64,000 nucleotides of DNA from Clostridia bacterium (GTDB taxonomy: Bacteria; Bacillota; Clostridia; Oscillospirales; CAG-272). The notes below the pieces were generated by a model, which was not told the origin of the DNA, did no database searches, and worked only from the letters and a program-made list of their open reading frames with translations. The position numbers and the translations under genes are program-made. Shown one piece after another: positions 62,735 through 64,000 of the stretch; the stretch's first letter is position 1; every line of letters starts with the position of its first letter. The stretch spans positions 75,276 to 139,275 of the forward strand of contig JAFTVG010000011.1 in NCBI GenBank assembly GCA_017465885.1, in the 5' to 3' direction.

Positions 62735-63976
62735 TTATTTCTGCTCAAAGAAGCGGATCTCTCCGATATTTTCAGCGTACGCAAAGCCGCTAAAGCCACT
62801 CTTTTCCAGGTTTGAAAGGAGCTTGCCCACCTTTTTGGGCTTCAGATACAGAGCGCAATCGTACTCCTCTCTCAGCCCTTCCGCCGCCTCGTAGGCATCG
62901 GCAAAGGAGCCCTCGTAGATGATCGCCAGCTTCTTTTTGCCGCCGAGAGAAACGCTCATACCCTGCTCTTGCAAAATTCCGAAGATGCGCTCAAAGCCGA
63001 TGGAGAAGCCCACGGCAGGCACCTGCTCGCCGATAAACTTGCCCACCAGATTGTCGTATCTGCCGCCGCCCGCGATGGCACCGGGGTAACCGGGCAATGC
63101 CACCTCGAAAACGGTACCGGTATAGTAGCCCTGTCCGCGGATCAGGGTCAGGTCAAAGACCACGTTATATCTGTCCTTTGCAAGGTACAGACTGTTTTCA
63201 AGGATGCCCTGCAGTCTTACGCCCGCCTCACACTCTTCACCGATAAAGTCAAGGGCTCTTTTAAGGGTCACCTGCTCCTCAAAGAGGGTCAGCAGCTTGG
63301 CAGCAGAGTCTTCGTTGCATCCCTTTTCAAGAAGCTCCTTTTTCACGCCCTCTGCCCCGATCTTATCAAGCTTGTCAAGGCTGATGCAGACGCTGTCAAA
63401 TTTCTCTTCCTCAAAGCCGCAAACGGTGAGCACTGCGCGCAACACCCTTCTGTCGTTGACCTTTACGGTAAAGCCCTCAAAGCCCACCTTTAAAAGGGCT
63501 TTGGCGGTGGTGGCGATCAGCTCGATCTCGCAGTCGCTTCCGCTGTCGCCCAGCACGTCGATGTCGCACTGCACGAATTCGCGAAGTCTGCCCTTCTGGG
63601 GTCTTTCGGCTCTGTAGACCCTGTCTGTCTGGATGCACTTGAAGGGGGTGGGCAGATGGGCGCGGTTTGCCGCATAGTAACGGCAAAGAGGCAGGGTCAG
63701 GTCGTAGCGCAGACCCATATCCGCCAGATTCTTGTAGTCGCCCTTTTCCAGCGCGCTTTCAAGCTTTTCCCCTCTCTTCATCACCTTGAAGATCAGGTTT
63801 AAGTTTTCGCCTCCCTCGCTCTTGTCAAGGTTTTCGATATCCTCTAAAATGGGAGTGGTGATGCGGTTGTAGCCTGCGGCTCTGTACACCGACAGGATGG
63901 TCTCCTGCAAACGGTCACGTAAAGCCGTTTGCTCGGGCAAATAATCGTTTGTGCCCTTAACGGGATTGATCTTCAT
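62735..63976 (-). CDS. hisS: Histidine--tRNA ligase
   Basis: The N-terminus KGTNDYLPEQ and class II motif 2 (RVYRAERPQKGRLREFVQCDIDVLG) are typical of HisS. 413 aa. Confidence 0.85.
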   Translation of the reverse strand: MKINPVKGTNDYLPEQTALRDRLQETILSVYRAAGYNRITTPILEDIENLDKSEGGENLNLIFKVMKRGEKLESALEKGDYKNLADMGLRYDLTLPLCRYYAANRAHLPTPFKCIQTDRVYRAERPQKGRLREFVQCDIDVLGDSGSDCEIELIATTAKALLKVGFEGFTVKVNDRRVLRAVLTVCGFEEEKFDSVCISLDKLDKIGAEGVKKELLEKGCNEDSAAKLLTLFEEQVTLKRALDFIGEECEAGVRLQGILENSLYLAKDRYNVVFDLTLIRGQGYYTGTVFEVALPGYPGAIAGGGRYDNLVGKFIGEQVPAVGFSIGFERIFGILQEQGMSVSLGGKKKLAIIYEGSFADAYEAAEGLREEYDCALYLKPKKVGKLLSNLEKSGFSGFAYAENIGEIRFFEQK

Positions 63977-64000
63977 ATTTCTTCTTCCTTTCTGTCATAA

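Overview
This 64-kb chromosomal window appears to come from a spore-forming Clostridia-type Firmicute. The spoIIGA-sigE pair, several dockerin and cohesin modules, and (S/P)PXTG sorting signals suggest a Ruminococcus/Oscillospiraceae-like organism, but that taxonomy is inference only. Most of the window is ordinary core genome. It contains sfsA, a Gfo/Idh/MocA oxidoreductase, an SGNH hydrolase, and an HssRS/HrtAB-like two-component system paired with a fused ABC ATPase-FtsX permease. It also contains an Ntn (choloylglycine-family) hydrolase, an Fe-ADH/ALDH pair, a zur-znuACB zinc operon, an M20 peptidase and an MFS transporter. Further along are an ECF sigma cluster, a THF riboswitch-folT unit, an M18 aminopeptidase, an SLT transglycosylase, coaE, bioY/birA and three tRNAs. 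The right side holds large LRR/dockerin surface proteins, a PhoPR-like two-component system, spoIIGA-sigE and hisS. The accessory part is a visibly AT-richer island of about 12 kb (about 35.2-47.2 kb) between tRNA-Met/tRNA-Glu and the 3' end of guaA. It looks like a tandem accretion. A roughly 9-kb integrative element carries a tyrosine integrase, Xis, a serine recombinase, SprT-like and HNH-like proteins and a cohesin-dockerin cargo gene, and is flanked by a 12-nt direct repeat of the guaA stop region. Next to it sits a roughly 1.6-kb integrase-less relative, and there are two four-helix-bundle (Avd / 23S-IVS protein family) gene cassettes. The most unusual signals are as follows. (1) Each four-helix-bundle gene is preceded by a roughly 160-bp array of mini-hairpins interleaved with inverted 7-9-mer words; the architecture is the same in both, but the sequence differs. 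(2) The two accreted elements are homologous at their ends but carry different paired arm-type heptamers (TGGTACG versus TGTTGCA). (3) A five-copy tandem array of about 104 bp, with palindromes, lies upstream of two paralogous (S/P)PXTG surface proteins. (4) An ECF sigma cluster has an anti-sigma factor ending in a PASTA domain, followed by a YceG/MltG-like lipoprotein whose catalytic EKE motif reads QAD. No CRISPR array, rRNA gene or transposase-type IS was seen. All functional calls come from reading the translated ORFs and motifs by eye; no database search was run.
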